Below, piece by piece: positions 46,177 to 55,016 of a DNA stretch of 64,000 nt. A model generated the notes under the pieces. That model was not told the DNA's origin. It searched no databases and was given only the letters and a program-made list of their open reading frames with translations. Origin of the DNA: Candidatus Woesearchaeota archaeon (lineage in GTDB: Archaea > Nanobdellota > Nanobdellia > Pacearchaeales > GW2011-AR1); assembly GCA_964514585.1 (NCBI GenBank), contig CAZETU010000002.1, forward strand, positions 1-64,000. The letters run 5' to 3'. Both the position numbers and the translations under genes were made by a program. Each line of letters opens with the position of its first letter. Position 1 is the stretch's first letter.

Positions 46177-48066
46177 TTACCTTAACCTGATTGTTTCTAG
46201 GTTTTTTGGGACGATTGTCTCGATTCTTTGGGATTTGTAGATGCTTGAGGCTAAGTCTAGGGCTCGGGATTGTTCGCCGTGGTTTATGATTACTTTTCGT
46301 GGTTTTGGGTTGATGTGACTGATGAATGCCATTAGTTCGTTTCGTGAGGAATGGCCTGAGAATCCGTCGATTGAAAGGAATTGCATTTTGATTGGGACTG
46401 TTTCATCTTTACCGTTTACGTTGAATGTTGCTTCTTTTATTCCTTGTTGGAGTTGTCGGCCTAGTCCTCCTGGTGGTTGGTAACATGATAGACATAGTCC
46501 GTTGTTTGCGTTTGGGGCGAATTCTCTTAGGTATTCGACTGAAGCTCCGCCGACAAGCATACCTGATGTTGCTAGGATTATGCAGGGGCCGCCTTCGATT
46601 ATTTGTTTTCGTTCGTGAGGTGAGCCGACTTGTGTAAAGATTTCTGATGTGAATGGATTTTTGTCTGCGAATATTGAGGATCTTAGGGAGTTTGATAGGA
46701 AATCGGGGTATGCAGTGTGGACTGCGTTGATATGCCAAATCATCCCGTCTATGTAGATTGGAACTTTTGGGACTTTTCCATTTCGCATTGCGTCTTCAAG
46801 AAGTAGCATTTTTTCTTGGGCGTGACCTGTTCCTAATTCTGGAAGTAGAACTTTTCCGCCTTCGCCTATTATTTTATTTACGAAGTCGAGTAATTCTTGT
46901 TCTGATTCTTTTCGTGGTGGGTAGTTGTTGTCTTTGCCGCCGTATGTTGATTCCATTTGTAGAGTTTCTAGTCTTGGGAAGTATGTTGTTGCGCCTTCAA
47001 GGGATCTTGATTTGCCGAATTTGATGTCGCCTGAGTAGATGTAGTTGTGGAGACCGTTTCCGATGTTGAAGTGAATCATTGCTGAGCCTAGAGTGTGACC
47101 TGCGTTGTATAGCGTGATTCTGATGTCTGGGGTGATGTCGGTTACTTCGGTGTAGTTTAGGGTGATTGAGTGTTTGACCATGTTTCGGACGTCTGAGGAT
47201 TTGAAGAGTGGGGCTGCTGCTTGTTTGTATGCGACGCCGATGAAGTCTAGTGCCATTAGTGCTGAGATGTCTCGTGTTGGGGCTGTCATGTATACTGGGC
47301 CTTTGTACCCCATTTTGTATAGGTATGGGATTAGTCCTGAATGGTCTAAGTGGGCGTGGGATAATATTACGGCGTCTAGAGTTGAGATGTCTAATTCTGG
47401 GGCTTCTAGGTATGGGTATTTGTCTTTGCCTTGACTTGAGACGTCTACCCCACAATCGATTAGGACTTTTGAAATTGGAGTTTGCAATAAGAAACAACTA
47501 CGACCGACTTGTCTGCCGCCACCTAGGGCCGTGATTCTGACCCATTCTTCGATTTTGTCTGGGTTCCATTCTTTGTAGATTTTTTCGCCGATGTTGTTTA
47601 AGAATTTTTTTCGGTATGAGTTGTCTTGGTATAGAACTTCTCGGATTTTGTCTGTGATTTTGGATTTTATTGCTGGGGAACGTTGGACTTGTGGGGTCCA
47701 CATTGTTGCCGTTTTGATTTCTCTTAGAAGCGAGCCGGCTTTTCCGATTGCTAGGCCTGGTCTTTTTGCCTCTATGATTACTGTGCTTCTTTGTGGGTCG
47801 AAAATTATTTGTGTTAGTTCTGCTTCAGATGGAACTATTTCTTGGATTTTTCTCTCGGTTTCTTCCTGTGGCATTAGGAGGGATTTGTCTGATCTTAGTT
47901 CGATTCGTTTTTTGATTATGTTTACGACTTCTTTTATTGCTGAATCGCCGTTTTTGAAGAATGCTGTATCTGAAGTGTAGACTACAATGTTTGCGCCTTC
48001 GAAGATTGTCGAGCTGACGACACCTCGCGGTAGCTGGTCTTCAATTGTTTTTAAGATATCTGCCAT
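46177..48066 (-). CDS. fttA: aCPSF1/FttA beta-CASP ribonuclease (KH-MBL-beta-CASP)
   Basis: N-terminal KH region, GGGRQVGRSC, HAHLDHSG, ESTYGG, GFSGHS, INHGE. Confidence 0.95.
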   Translation of the reverse strand: MADILKTIEDQLPRGVVSSTIFEGANIVVYTSDTAFFKNGDSAIKEVVNIIKKRIELRSDKSLLMPQEETERKIQEIVPSEAELTQIIFDPQRSTVIIEAKRPGLAIGKAGSLLREIKTATMWTPQVQRSPAIKSKITDKIREVLYQDNSYRKKFLNNIGEKIYKEWNPDKIEEWVRITALGGGRQVGRSCFLLQTPISKVLIDCGVDVSSQGKDKYPYLEAPELDISTLDAVILSHAHLDHSGLIPYLYKMGYKGPVYMTAPTRDISALMALDFIGVAYKQAAAPLFKSSDVRNMVKHSITLNYTEVTDITPDIRITLYNAGHTLGSAMIHFNIGNGLHNYIYSGDIKFGKSRSLEGATTYFPRLETLQMESTYGGKDNNYPPRKESEQELLDFVNKIIGEGGKVLLPELGTGHAQEKMLLLEDAMRNGKVPKVPIYIDGMIWHINAVHTAYPDFLSNSLRSSIFADKNPFTSEIFTQVGSPHERKQIIEGGPCIILATSGMLVGGASVEYLREFAPNANNGLCLSCYQPPGGLGRQLQQGIKEATFNVNGKDETVPIKMQFLSIDGFSGHSSRNELMAFISHINPKPRKVIINHGEQSRALDLASSIYKSQRIETIVPKNLETIRLR

Positions 48067-48078
48067 TTTAATTAGTGT

Positions 48079-48723
48079 TTAATCAAGTTTCCAAATTTTT
48101 TGCTCTATTTTTTCTACTTTTTCTGGGGTTATTGTCCATATTTCATATCCAATACCTGATGCTGGGTCTCTTCCGGATGAGCCGATTATACATTTTCTTG
48201 CTAGTTCTATTCCTTCTTTTAGTGAGATGTCTTTTTTGTATTCTGTGTCTAAAATTGCGTTTACGTGCATCATTCCCGATCCGTCAATTTTGTAGTCTTC
48301 TATTTTTTTTAATATCCCATCTGCTGTGACTTGGTAGAATAGGGCTTTATTGTTTTCTCTTCCTGCAATTAGAAATCCAATTGCTATTCCTGATTGAAGT
48401 GATTGTAGGGCCATTGCTGAGAATAAACTTGCTATTTCTCTTATTGTACTTTTTTGTTTGTCTCGCATTTCTTTAATTTTTATTTGAGCTTTTGCTGTTT
48501 GAATTGCTCTAAGTGCGAATGTTGCTGTTCCAGCTATTGTTAGAATTATGTTTTCATTAAATTCTTTTATTTTTTCCATTTCTCCTGCAATATAATGAAC
48601 TCCACCTCCTTGATCTGCGAAAGTTCCTTTTTTATCTGCTGCTAGAACTATTCCTTCTTTCGTTACAATACCGAGCGTTGTAGTGCCGGTTTTTAGCATA
48701 TGTTTTTTCGAATCTGCGTCCAT
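48079..48723 (-). CDS. psmB: Proteasome beta subunit
   Basis: KTG/TTTLGIV propeptide junction, AADKK, GSG, RDPASG; conserved synteny with aCPSF1. Confidence 0.85.
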   Translation of the reverse strand: MDADSKKHMLKTGTTTLGIVTKEGIVLAADKKGTFADQGGGVHYIAGEMEKIKEFNENIILTIAGTATFALRAIQTAKAQIKIKEMRDKQKSTIREIASLFSAMALQSLQSGIAIGFLIAGRENNKALFYQVTADGILKKIEDYKIDGSGMMHVNAILDTEYKKDISLKEGIELARKCIIGSSGRDPASGIGYEIWTITPEKVEKIEQKIWKLD

Positions 48724-48843
48724 TTTAGAATCAAGAGAATATCTCTAGAATTTATAATAATAGTTGTTTTGGTTTATTTAAAAGGTTTTTGGTTGGGGTC
48801 TTAGCTTGTAAACTCTTATAAATGGGCTTTTCGTGAGGATTTC

Positions 48844-49248
48844 ATGGATAATTATGAGGCGTTATTGGATGAGGCGTATGAGACCGTTCAGCCTGTTACT
48901 GAGTGCGAGAGGTTTGAGGTGTTGAGAGTTAAGGGGCATCACGAGGGAATTCGGACGATTATTTCGAATTTTTCGCAGGTTGCGTTGTGTCTTAGACGGA
49001 ATCCTGAGCATTTGATTAAGTTTTTGAGTAAGGAGTTGGCGAGTTCTGCTGAGATGAAGGGAGATAGGTTGGTTTTGTCGCGGAAGCTTACGAGTAAGGA
49101 TATTAATGAAAAAATTGCGAAGTATGTTTGTCGGTTTGTGCTTTGTCCTAAGTGTAAGAAACCGGATACTGAGTTGTGTGATGAGGGGCAGAAGTTGTTT
49201 TTGAAGTGTCTTGCTTGTGGAGAAAAACATGAGGTACACAAGATTTAA
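48844..49248 (+). CDS. eif2b: Translation initiation factor 2 beta subunit
   Basis: ERFEV...TIISNF...HLIKFLSKELA; C-terminal CPKCKKPDT...CLACG. Confidence 0.95.
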   Translation: MDNYEALLDEAYETVQPVTECERFEVLRVKGHHEGIRTIISNFSQVALCLRRNPEHLIKFLSKELASSAEMKGDRLVLSRKLTSKDINEKIAKYVCRFVLCPKCKKPDTELCDEGQKLFLKCLACGEKHEVHKI

Positions 49249-49275
49249 ACAAATTAAATAATACAGGAGGAAAAA

Positions 49276-49491
49276 ATGGCGGTAACGGGATATTGTATGA
49301 AATGCGGTAAAGAGAACAAAGAGAACGGTAAGAATAAACCTATGACTGAAGCTAAGATGACTATGACTAGTCGAGGCGGATTCATGGCTAAAGGTAAGTG
49401 TGGTGTTTGTGGCTCTGGTATGTGCGCAATTATGTCAAAGGTCAATGCTGAGAAGGCAATGGCTGATGGTGATGCTGAAAAAGCATTTTAG
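49276..49491 (+). CDS. Small Zn-ribbon protein (DUF5679-like)
   Basis: YCMKC...MAKGKCGVCG; strong SD AGGAGG upstream. Confidence 0.75.
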   Translation: MAVTGYCMKCGKENKENGKNKPMTEAKMTMTSRGGFMAKGKCGVCGSGMCAIMSKVNAEKAMADGDAEKAF

Positions 49492-49508
49492 TTGATTTTA
49501 TTTTAACG

Positions 49509-49534
49509 ATTCCCTCGCAAATTTGTGAGGGAAT
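49509..49534 (+). terminator. Hairpin after the DUF5679 gene
   Basis: ATTCCCTCGCA-AATT-TGTGAGGGAAT. Confidence 0.6.
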
Positions 49535-49555
49535 TTAATATTTTTTAGAATTTTA

Positions 49556-49638
49556 AAAAAAATGGAAGGATAACGACCGAGGCCGTTAACCAACCGTGCT
49601 TGACCGAAGTCAAACGGTATTCAACCGAAGTTGAATGA
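49556..49638 (-). ncRNA. Putative ~83-nt structured small RNA (two cUUCGg hairpins, third hairpin, U-tract)
   Basis: - strand: ATTCAAC-TTCG-GTTGAAT; ACCGT-TTGAC-TTCG-GTCAA-GC-ACGGT; TAACGGC-CTCG-GTCGTTA; T8 tract; promoter TCGGAAAGCCTTAAATA at 49674-49658. Confidence 0.55.
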
Positions 49639-49724
49639 TTATTTTTGGATGTTTTGGTATTTAAGGCTTTCCGAGAGGGGATTTTTGTCTATAATTTTAT
49701 AAAGGTATTTTTTGTAATTTTTTG

Positions 49725-50036
49725 ATGGGAGAGGAGAAAGTTTTGGTGAATGTTCATGAGTCTTATCGTTGGGTTGTTGGGGTTTGTGATGAGGATATTT
49801 ATGGTCGGAAGTTGAAGGATGGGAAGCGACAGTTGGATTTGACGGGGCCTTTTTTTAAGGGGAAGGCTATGAGTTTTGATGAGGCTCGGGATGAGATTGT
49901 ACGGTGTGCTCGTGAGGATGCGACGTTTAATTTTGCTGGGAAGAATTCTGTTCGGATTGCTAGGGAAGTTGGGGCGGTTAAGGACGAGGGGATTGTGGAG
50001 ATAGAGGGTGTTCCTTTTGCGTTGGCTCTTTTATAG
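49725..50036 (+). CDS. DUF424-family protein
   Basis: VVGVCDEDIYG...FFKG...ATFNFAGKNSV. Confidence 0.8.
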   Translation: MGEEKVLVNVHESYRWVVGVCDEDIYGRKLKDGKRQLDLTGPFFKGKAMSFDEARDEIVRCAREDATFNFAGKNSVRIAREVGAVKDEGIVEIEGVPFALALL

Positions 50037-50071
50037 AATAGTTTTATATAGGGAATTATTTTCTTTTAGTT

Positions 50072-50428
50072 ATGGCTTTTAATAAATTTAAAGATAAATC
50101 GAAGAAGAATAAGGCGAAGGTTTATGTGCCTGGGCAAGAGGGGCCGGTTAGGGTTAAGTTGCCGCAGGGTCGTGAGGTGATTGGAATTATTGCTCAGAGA
50201 TGTGGCGGGAGTCGGATGCAGGTTTCTTGTATGGATGGGAAGACGCGGAATTGTAGAGTTCCTGGTAGGAAGAGACGAGGGCTTTGGCTTCGAGAGGGTG
50301 ATGCTATAATTATTGAGCCTTGGGAATTTGACGACGATAAGGGTGATGTTTTGTTTAAGTATACTGATAATCAGGTTCGGAAGTTGAAGGAGATGGGGAA
50401 GTTAAGTACGGATGAATCGGAATTTTGA
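50072..50428 (+). CDS. eif1a: Translation initiation factor 1A (aIF-1A)
   Basis: VSCMDGKTRNCRVPGRKRRGLWLREGD...PWE. Confidence 0.95.
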   Translation: MAFNKFKDKSKKNKAKVYVPGQEGPVRVKLPQGREVIGIIAQRCGGSRMQVSCMDGKTRNCRVPGRKRRGLWLREGDAIIIEPWEFDDDKGDVLFKYTDNQVRKLKEMGKLSTDESEF

Positions 50429-50525
50429 TTTCTAGCGACAACTTCTTGGTAAAAAATTTCTCATGTGCGTTTGCACACATCGAAATTTTTTACGCTGCGA
50501 ATTTGCCTGCTAGAAATCAAAATTC
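50420..50525. repeat. 106-bp hairpin element with 17-bp perfect terminal inverted repeats
   Basis: GAATTTTGATTTCTAGC (50420-50436) / GCTAGAAATCAAAATTC (50509-50525); inner AAAAAATTTC...GAAATTTTTT and ATGTG...CACAT. Confidence 0.75.
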
Positions 50526-50569
50526 GGCTTGAGGGTTAGGATTATAAAGTTATTTTTGTTTGTTATGTT

Positions 50570-50689
50570 ATGAGAAATGTATTAGTTCAAAATATTCGAA
50601 AGATTAAGAAGGCTGTGCCTGCGATTGAGAATAAGGTTAAGGTTGGTTTTTTGAAGGACGGGGTTAGTAATTTAGAAAGAAGTCGTTGA
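50570..50689 (+). pseudogene. Duplicated 5' fragment of the KH-domain (Dim2/KRR1) gene
   Basis: 50570-50668 matches 51436-51540 except two synonymous changes and a 6-bp in-frame deletion; runs into a stop at 50689. Confidence 0.9.
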
Positions 50690-50717
50690 TTTAGTAATAG
50701 GAATAGGTTTGTTATCT

Positions 50718-51329
50718 TTAATATTCAAGATAGTCCATCACTTTTTTCTGGTCTGTTTTGCCCTTGGAGATTATGGTTGGGTTATCAGTTCTTAGTTTTA
50801 TGTCCCGGGCCAATGTCATTTTTACACGATGACCTGGTGCCGAGTCAAAAATTATTCCTTCACGAGTGGATTTTAAATCAATTTTATATGCCCCAGCATT
50901 TAAAATATATAATTCGTAATTTGCTATTTCTCTTCTTTTTGTGCCTACTTGTATTATATCATCTCCAGCATGTACTGATAGTTTATCATTGTGATGGTAT
51001 GCTATATGCATCCTCGGCCACCCTGTTGTAATTACTACGGTGTTTTTCCCATTTCCTCTAAAAAGGTCAACTTCAACGTCTCCTTTTATTCCAGAGCTAG
51101 AATTTCTTATCATTCTTGGAAGTCGACTTTCTGCTTTTTCAAATTGTCTTTCACTTCCAGCATGTATTGCTTCTTTTTGATATTTTGTACATGCTAGACA
51201 AGCTTCAATAAGATGTTGTCTTTCAAAAGGATAGGGTTCATTTCTTTCGACTATTTTGATTATTGGGTGATTTCCAATAGCACGATACAAGTCTTCAAGG
51301 GGTTCGAATATTCTTAGTGGATTAATCAT
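50718..51329 (-). CDS. Hypothetical protein (orphan insert)
   Basis: 203-aa ORF with own GAAAAACTTTATAAA promoter, between the two KH 5' copies. Confidence 0.65.
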   Translation of the reverse strand: MINPLRIFEPLEDLYRAIGNHPIIKIVERNEPYPFERQHLIEACLACTKYQKEAIHAGSERQFEKAESRLPRMIRNSSSGIKGDVEVDLFRGNGKNTVVITTGWPRMHIAYHHNDKLSVHAGDDIIQVGTKRREIANYELYILNAGAYKIDLKSTREGIIFDSAPGHRVKMTLARDIKLRTDNPTIISKGKTDQKKVMDYLEY

Positions 51330-51435
51330 TAATTATTCTTGGGTAGTTTATTTATAAAGTTTTCTATTTGTTATTATTTAAAAGTTACAAAATGTTTTTA
51401 ATTAAAATTATAAACTTGTTTTGTTATATTTTATT

Positions 51436-51966
51436 ATGAGAAATGTATTAGTTCAAAATATTAGAAAGATTAAGAAGGCTGTGCCTGCGATTGAGAATAA
51501 GGTTAAGGTTAAGGTTGGTTTTTTGAAGGATGGGGTTAGTGTTAAGGGGAGTGAGTTGAATGAGTATTTGGTTGAGCAGGTTTTGCGGGCGGTTGATTTT
51601 GGGTTTTATGTTGATGATGCGTTGTTGTTGACGGATGATGGTTTTGTTTTGGAGTTTATTGAGGTTAAGGAGCATACTCATCGGAAGAATTTGAAGGATG
51701 TTCGGGCTAGACTTATTGGGACGAGTGGGAAGGCTAGGAAGACGATTGAGAATTTGACGGGGTCGGTGATCGTGATTCATGATAATACCGTGGGGGTTAT
51801 AGTTGACAGTATTCATTTGGACGCGGTTGTTCAGGCTATTGAGAGTTTGATTCAGGGGGCGAAGCATGGGAATGTTTTTGCTTATTTGGAGAAACAGAAT
51901 GTTTCTAGAAGGAAATTTGACGAGGATGATTTGGGTTTGAAAGAAGGGGTTGTGAAGAACAGTTAG
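51436..51966 (+). CDS. KH-domain pre-rRNA processing protein Dim2/Pno1/KRR1
   Basis: RAVDFGF, VRARLIGTSGKARKTIENLTG, LIQGAKHGNVFAYLE. Confidence 0.9.
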   Translation: MRNVLVQNIRKIKKAVPAIENKVKVKVGFLKDGVSVKGSELNEYLVEQVLRAVDFGFYVDDALLLTDDGFVLEFIEVKEHTHRKNLKDVRARLIGTSGKARKTIENLTGSVIVIHDNTVGVIVDSIHLDAVVQAIESLIQGAKHGNVFAYLEKQNVSRRKFDEDDLGLKEGVVKNS

Positions 51967-52119
51967 GTAAAGCGTACGGTTGTTCCTTTGCTTCGGAGAA
52001 GCTCAGTCGAAATTTTTCAAATTTCTAAAAGTTCATAAGGAATTTTCAAATCATGTTGTCGAAGATTCTTAATGTTTTAATCGTTATCTTTAAATATGCC
52101 TATTTGAATAATTGAATAT

Positions 52120-52192
52120 GCTTCGGTAGCTCAGCAGGTAGAGCGCACGGCTGTTAACCGTGTTGTCGGAGGTTCGAGTCCTCCCCGAAGCG
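52120..52192 (+). tRNA. tRNA-Asn(GTT)
   Basis: GCTTCGG...CACGG-CTGTTAA-CCGTG...GGAGG-TTCGAGT-CCTCC-CCGAAGC-G; TTTAAATA box upstream. Confidence 0.97.
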
Positions 52193-52437
52193 TTTTTGGT
52201 TAGTAGGTTATATTTATGTTTTTTGAGTTAATTGTTTTTGTATTTTTGAAAGTAATTTTTTTAGATTTTTCTTTTTTTCTAATATTTTTTAGGATTTTTG
52301 CTTAAAATGATGTTGTTATTGTTAAATTAAACGTTAGATTTATAAATAAACCAATAAATTATTATAGTATAAGTGTTTGTAATTAGAAACATTTAAGAAC
52401 AAGAATTTGAGATAATTGAATTTTTTGAATTGAGAAA

Positions 52438-53373
52438 ATGGGAAGCAAAAAAAATAAAATCGAATTTAGGATAGATTCCGAAGATCCTTGTATTGTAAGC
52501 ATATTGACCTTTGATAGATTGGAACTTACAAAAAAGGCGGTTGACTCTGTTTTGAAAAATAGCGTGGAGAATATTAGAATTGTTTTTCTTGACAATGGAT
52601 CTATAGATGGAACGATTGATTATTTGGATGAGTTAAAACTTAACTATCCTCAATGTGTCTATGTTTTAAAGAGTAATAAAAATTTGGGTGTTGCGGGAGG
52701 AAGAAATAAAATTTTCGAGTATGTGGTTTCTAATTATGGAGATAGATTTAAGTGGGTTTTAAATCTTGATAATGATTGTATTGTTCATCCTGGTTATGAT
52801 GAGGCTTTGACAAATTGTATTAATGAGACGGGGGCTTGGGCAGTTTGTCCTCGGTTAATTCAACCAAATGGTAATATTTTTCATGATGCTCGTAGTGGCT
52901 TTTTGATTAACTTGAATGAAATGAAGTTGAAATTAGAGTCAGGTGAAAGTATAGGTATAGCTCATGATAATCCTCAGTTTTCTAAAAGAATTGAAACGGA
53001 TGTTCTTTTAGGAACGAGTGCTAAGACTCCTTTGTTTTTGAAGAAGGTTGGTTTTTATGATGAGGGTCATAAGATTGGTTGGGAGGATTTTAGTATTGCC
53101 CTGAAGGCTTTCGGGTTGAATGAAAATAGTTTTTCTGAATGGAAGAATCAAAATAGACATAAGGGAAAAGATTGGGCGCCCCTGAGAGAATTGGCAAATG
53201 GAGATAGGAATCGCGATGTGATAGTAATATACGAGCCTGGTTGTATAATTACTCATGATCATCCAATTACGAAGAAAGATAGTGAATATGAAAAAGTGAG
53301 GTGGGATTCTAAAGTGATAAACGAAAGCACAAAACATTTTGAGAAGGTTTGGGGAGTTCAGCCTATACTTTAG
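52438..53373 (+). CDS. Glycosyltransferase family 2
   Basis: ILTFDRLELTKKAVDSV, LDNGSIDG, NLGVAGGRN, LDND, GWEDFS. Confidence 0.85.
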   Translation: MGSKKNKIEFRIDSEDPCIVSILTFDRLELTKKAVDSVLKNSVENIRIVFLDNGSIDGTIDYLDELKLNYPQCVYVLKSNKNLGVAGGRNKIFEYVVSNYGDRFKWVLNLDNDCIVHPGYDEALTNCINETGAWAVCPRLIQPNGNIFHDARSGFLINLNEMKLKLESGESIGIAHDNPQFSKRIETDVLLGTSAKTPLFLKKVGFYDEGHKIGWEDFSIALKAFGLNENSFSEWKNQNRHKGKDWAPLRELANGDRNRDVIVIYEPGCIITHDHPITKKDSEYEKVRWDSKVINESTKHFEKVWGVQPIL

Positions 53374-53389
53374 TCTGAGATTGTTATAA

Positions 53390-54361
53390 ATGGATCGAAA
53401 ATTCGACGATGGCTTGAGGGTTCTTGCTTATGGAGATGTTTCTAAGTTGGAAGCTACTATGAATGGTCATTTTTTTAATCAGTTGAGGCTTGCTGCCGAT
53501 GAAATGACTGGGATTCCGAGCACTATGGATGAGTTGAATAAACATGTTTGCGATGGAAATTTTACTCATGTATTGGTTCCTGACGAATGGTTTTATAAAT
53601 TAGATGGGACATTGGAGGGATGTGATGTTCCTGTTGTGGAATTTTTGGGGGACCATTGGATTCCTTGGGCTGTGAATAAGAAAAAAAAATATATGAGAGA
53701 TAATGATATTCAGCATGCTATAGTTCTTTCTAACAGATTTCAAAAACCTTATAATGGAATGACTAATATGCATTGTGTTTCATATGGGTATGATTCCTCG
53801 GTTTTTTGTGATGCCGGAAAAGAAAGAGATATAGATGTTTTAATTCATGGTTCTTTGGGGGGAGATACTCATAAAGGGGTTTATCCAGTTAGGAATTGGT
53901 TGGCGGAGGTTTTGCCAGAAATTGGTGAGCGAGAAGGTATTAGGGTTGAGAGATGGAGTCATCCTGGCTACTGGCCAAAAGGAGAAAGTCCAAAAGGTGG
54001 TTTTACTGGGCTGTATGCTGAGGTGTTAAATCGATCTAAAATAGCTATTGGTGGGTCTAGTCACTGGAGACTTCCATTGAAAAAATTTTATGAGGTTCCT
54101 GCTTGTGGTGCAATTTTGTTAAGTGATTTACCTTTGGAAGGGGGGGCTTTTTTTGATGGGAGAATAATTGAAGTTAATCCTGATAGAATTAGAACGCCTA
54201 GTTATGAGGATAAGATTAGAGAGAGGATTGTTGGTGTTCTAGCTAATTACGAGGCAGCAAAAGAGAGGCTTCAGCCCTTTAGATCTGACCAGGATCGTTT
54301 TGATAAGAGTTATGAGGGAAGGGCATTGGAGATAAGAGCAGTTCTTTCTGGGATTGAATAA
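53390..54361 (+). CDS. CgeB-like glycosyltransferase (GT-B)
   Basis: RDIDVLIHG, YAEVLNRSKIAI, KFYEVPACGAILL. Confidence 0.75.
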   Translation: MDRKFDDGLRVLAYGDVSKLEATMNGHFFNQLRLAADEMTGIPSTMDELNKHVCDGNFTHVLVPDEWFYKLDGTLEGCDVPVVEFLGDHWIPWAVNKKKKYMRDNDIQHAIVLSNRFQKPYNGMTNMHCVSYGYDSSVFCDAGKERDIDVLIHGSLGGDTHKGVYPVRNWLAEVLPEIGEREGIRVERWSHPGYWPKGESPKGGFTGLYAEVLNRSKIAIGGSSHWRLPLKKFYEVPACGAILLSDLPLEGGAFFDGRIIEVNPDRIRTPSYEDKIRERIVGVLANYEAAKERLQPFRSDQDRFDKSYEGRALEIRAVLSGIE

Positions 54362-54410
54362 ACAAAAGTAATCCCAATAATCTTAAATAGTTATTTCTCT
54401 ATTTTATTTT

Positions 54411-54977
54411 ATGAAGTTGAGGGATGCGATTGAGTCGAGGGCGAGTGTGCGGAAGTTTCATCATAAGAAACCTGATTGGCGGAAAGTGATTCGGGCTATT
54501 GATGCGGCGCGGTTTGCTCCTAGTGCTGGGAATCAATTTGTGATGCGTTTTATTATGGTTAGTGATGAGAAAAAAATTAAAGAGATTGCGGAGGCGACTC
54601 AGCAACCTTTTGTCGGGACTGCACAGTTTATTGTCGTTGCTGTTTCAGACGATTCTAAATTAGTTAGAAGCTATGGGGATGCTGGTGTTAGGTATGCTGC
54701 GCAACAGGCTGGTGCGGCGATTCAGAATTTTTTGTTGGCTCTGGTTGATGAGAAGCTTGTGACGACATGGATTGGGCATTTTTATGAAGAGCAGGTTCAG
54801 AGAACTTTGGATATTCCTGAGAATTTAAAGATTGAGGCGGTTTTTCCGATTGGACGTGAGACTAAAATTGCGACACATGAGAAGATGAAGATGAAATTGG
54901 AGCAAGTTCTTTATTTTGATAAGTGGGGCAATAAGTTGATGACGCCTAGGAAGAAAATTTCTCGTGAAGTGATTTAG
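54411..54977 (+). CDS. Nitroreductase family protein
   Basis: IESRASVRKF, APSAGNQ, GAAIQNFLL. Confidence 0.9.
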   Translation: MKLRDAIESRASVRKFHHKKPDWRKVIRAIDAARFAPSAGNQFVMRFIMVSDEKKIKEIAEATQQPFVGTAQFIVVAVSDDSKLVRSYGDAGVRYAAQQAGAAIQNFLLALVDEKLVTTWIGHFYEEQVQRTLDIPENLKIEAVFPIGRETKIATHEKMKMKLEQVLYFDKWGNKLMTPRKKISREVI

Positions 54978-55016
54978 TATACAAATTTTTTTAAGTTAAG
55001 TTTTTGTTGGGATTTT

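Noticed and set aside
52193-52437. AT-rich stretch as replication origin
   Set aside because: No ORB-like repeats or adjacent cdc6, and no skew inversion visible; more simply the tRNA terminator plus promoter region.
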